Assembly (NCBI RefSeq): GCF_009914755.1
Contig: NC_060933.1
DNA length: 64,000 nucleotides
Source: the human T2T-CHM13v2.0 reference genome, Homo sapiens
Direction: 5' to 3' (one strand)
The notes under the pieces are model-generated. The model made no database searches, was not told the origin of the DNA, and saw only the letters and a list, made by a program, of their open reading frames with translations. Positions 61,699 through 64,000 of this stretch are shown here, piece by piece (positions within the stretch are counted from its first letter, which is position 1; each line of letters begins with the position of its first letter). Both the position numbers and the translations under genes were made by a program.

Positions 61699-62968
61699 TG
61701 AGAGAGTGGGACGTCCGGCTTCGGGGTAGGAACCTTCGTTGCGCCAGCGACAAAAAAGAATTAAATATGGGTGATGTTGAGAAGGGCAAGAAGATTTTTG
61801 TTCAGAAGTGTGCCCAGTGACACACCGTGGAAAAGGGAGGCAAGCATAAGACTGAGCATAATCTCCATGGTCTCTTCGGGCAGAAGACAGGTCAGGCCGT
61901 TGGATTCTCTTACACAGACGCCAATAAAAACAAAGGCATCACCTGGGGAGAGGATACACTGATGGAGTATTTGGAGAATCCCAAGAAGTACATCCCTGGA
62001 ACAAAAATGATCTTTGCTGGCATTAAGAAGAAGGCAGAAAGAAAAATGATAGCTTATCTCAAAAAAAGCTACTAGTGAGTAATTATTGACCACTGCCTTA
62101 TTTATTACAAATGTCTCATGACTTTTTTATGTGTACCATACTTTAATAGATCTCATACACCAGAATTCAGATCGTGAATTACTGACAGAATATTTTATTG
62201 GGCCGTCCTGATTTAAAACTGATTTAAGACTGGCTTGTGGTTAAATGAATATGTTCAGTGTTTGAATTTTAATAGTAATTCCAATTCAGTAAATGCTATC
62301 ACTGTTTACCCCTTCTAAAAATATAATTAGACTTCATTAGTAATGTTCAACTTTTCACAAAGATGGTGAGTGCCATCTTAAAACTTACTGGAGTTTGGTT
62401 TTATATTTAGATTTATATAACTAGTTATGTGAATATATTTAAATACTGGGGAAATTCCTTCACTGTGTCAGAACCAAGCAAGATTCACCTGTGTTTTGTG
62501 TTCATTTGCCTCTTAAAGGCAAGGGTTGAAGATAAATAAGGTAGCAATGGCTACTTTATATTTTTGGCCTTAATTATGCCAATCTAACCAGAATCACTGT
62601 ATTTAAAATGGTTCCTTTTACTTATTGAAAGGCATTTTAGTGTGGTTTGTGTGTAATATCAAAGATCATTTAACACTTTTAAAATTTTATAGATGATCTA
62701 TAAGGTCACATGCTTTTAAAATAGTAGCAAGTTAAACTTCACTCTTGAATTCTTTATAATCTAAGTCAAACTAAGTTATAATTTAGGATGGTCTTTAAAG
62801 AGCCATTCAGAAAGATAAAACTGTAGAACTGCTGTGTATTCGTGATTGGGAATGGTGCTTTGGCCAACTTAAAAGTAGAGAAGATATACACAAATTTTAA
62901 AATTATGTGTGATCATAAGACTTAAAATAACTGAAAAGAAAACCACAGATCATGAAAAATAGATAAAT
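61699..62968 (+). pseudogene. CYCSP: Full-length processed pseudogene of somatic cytochrome c (CDS remnant 61767-62082)
   Basis: [28 protein letters not shown]...[36 protein letters not shown] replaces heme-binding Cys17 (61818-61820) and there is a C-terminal frameshift. Intronless with spliced 5' UTR and ~0.9 kb 3' UTR, A-rich tail, 15-bp TSD aaattatctctgttt (61684-61698 / 62969-62983). Possibly CYCSP24 (recollection, unverified). Confidence 0.96.
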
Positions 62969-63246
62969 AAATTATCTCTGTTTGGAAATACTCAATTTTT
63001 TTATTCATTCTAAATGTCTTTATAGTCTATGAGAAATTATATACAAATAACTCAGGCCACAGATTAAATAAATATATACTAGATATTAAAAACAATGGTA
63101 GGAATGTGTTTTAAAATGTAGCATGAAAGTGTATTCCTAAAAATGTATGTAATAGTAGCCAGTGCAGCTATAGTCATTTGAAAATTGCATTTTTAGTCCC
63201 ATAAAAGTAAAACATTGACTATGAAAATGTAGAAAATACCAATAAG

Positions 63247-63490
63247 GGTCGGGTGCTGTGGCTCACACCTGTAATGCCAGGAGGCCAAGGAGGGAGGATT
63301 GCTTAAGCTCAGGAATTCAAGACCAGCCTGGGCAACATAGTGAGACCTTGTCTCTACAAAAAATTTTTTAAATGAGGCAGGAGGATTACTTGAGCCTAGG
63401 AGGTTGAGGCTGCAGTGAGCCATGATCATGCCAGTATGTTCCTGCCTGGGTGACAGAGCAAGACCTTCCCAAAAACAAAAGTAAAATGAA
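63247..63490 (+). mobile_element. AluJ-like with internal deletions
   Basis: Alu consensus; TSD gaaaatacca(a/g)taag. Confidence 0.9.
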
Positions 63491-63647
63491 AGAAAATACC
63501 AGTAAGCAGAAAAGAAACACAAATCATTTACAATCCCACCACTGTGAATATTCCATTAGTTTACTAATCTGTCTCTTTCTTAATCTATAGTAGATTCTGT
63601 TAAAAATGGTTATTATCAAAGGACAGCTCTCCTGTGTTTTTTGACCC

Positions 63648-64000
63648 TTGTTAAAAATCAAATTTTGACAAATTTTACTTAAAGATCTTTTATTAGGGAT
63701 TCATGAATTGGGCAGCATCCCATCTAAAGACTTCAAAAGCCACTCCAATGAGCTGAACAAAGGAGGTACTTATAAGTAGAAAAAGGCCAAGGAAAGCAGA
63801 AAGAAGGAGCAAAAAACAGATTGGTAGTTACAAAGTTACTTTCCTTACAGGATTCAAACAAAGGAGACTTCTTTACCATGCCAGCTCAGGTAAACTGGGC
63901 CTCTACTGATTGCTGTGAATCTCTGGATTTTTGGAATATTGGCTCATTTTAGAGTTTGATTAATTACATTAATGAGTGACTCCATTCTGGTTTGGTCTGG
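63648..64000 (-). mobile_element. ERV1-type LTR fragment running off the window
   Basis: tgttaaaaatcaaatt...gattcatgaattgggcagcatccca...gattggtagttacaaagttactttcctta, MER4-group-like. Subfamily uncertain. Confidence 0.5.

Noticed and set aside
61827-62075. 82-aa cytochrome c-like ORF
   Set aside because: Starts at GTG downstream of the stop that destroys the CXXCH heme motif; part of the pseudogene.

Overview
Eukaryotic, hominoid (very probably human) genomic DNA: Alu-rich, with a full-length L1PA3-type element. No intact protein-coding exon can be supported. Most of 1-54 kb is a nested transposon graveyard. It holds MaLR LTRs (MLT1, MST, THE1), old L1M and L1PA15/16 pieces, an LTR10 solo LTR, an L1-retroposed LTR8/HUERS-P1 transcript, a near-complete 8-kb ERV-L provirus (gag-pro-RT-IN-dUTPase, both LTRs), many Alus and a dead 6.16-kb L1PA3 on the minus strand. 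A CpG-island promoter at ~54.1-54.9 kb has splice donors on both strands. A full-length processed cytochrome c (CYCS) pseudogene with ancestral residues lies in what is probably intron 1 of the + strand gene. From unverified recollection this layout resembles human 9q22.32 (PTPDC1 5' end / CYCSP24). The most unusual structure is DNA-level local copying. An 844-bp composite templated insertion at 29636-30479 is built from two downstream donors, and its inverted arm is 100% identical to its donor while its direct arm is ~1.8% diverged. Two further templated insertions (53 bp and 216 bp) also come from nearby downstream donors. A speculative three-exon minus-strand small ORF has its frame toggled by a 20-bp duplication in the CpG island. 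Repeat subfamily names come from recall of consensus sequences, not from a database search.
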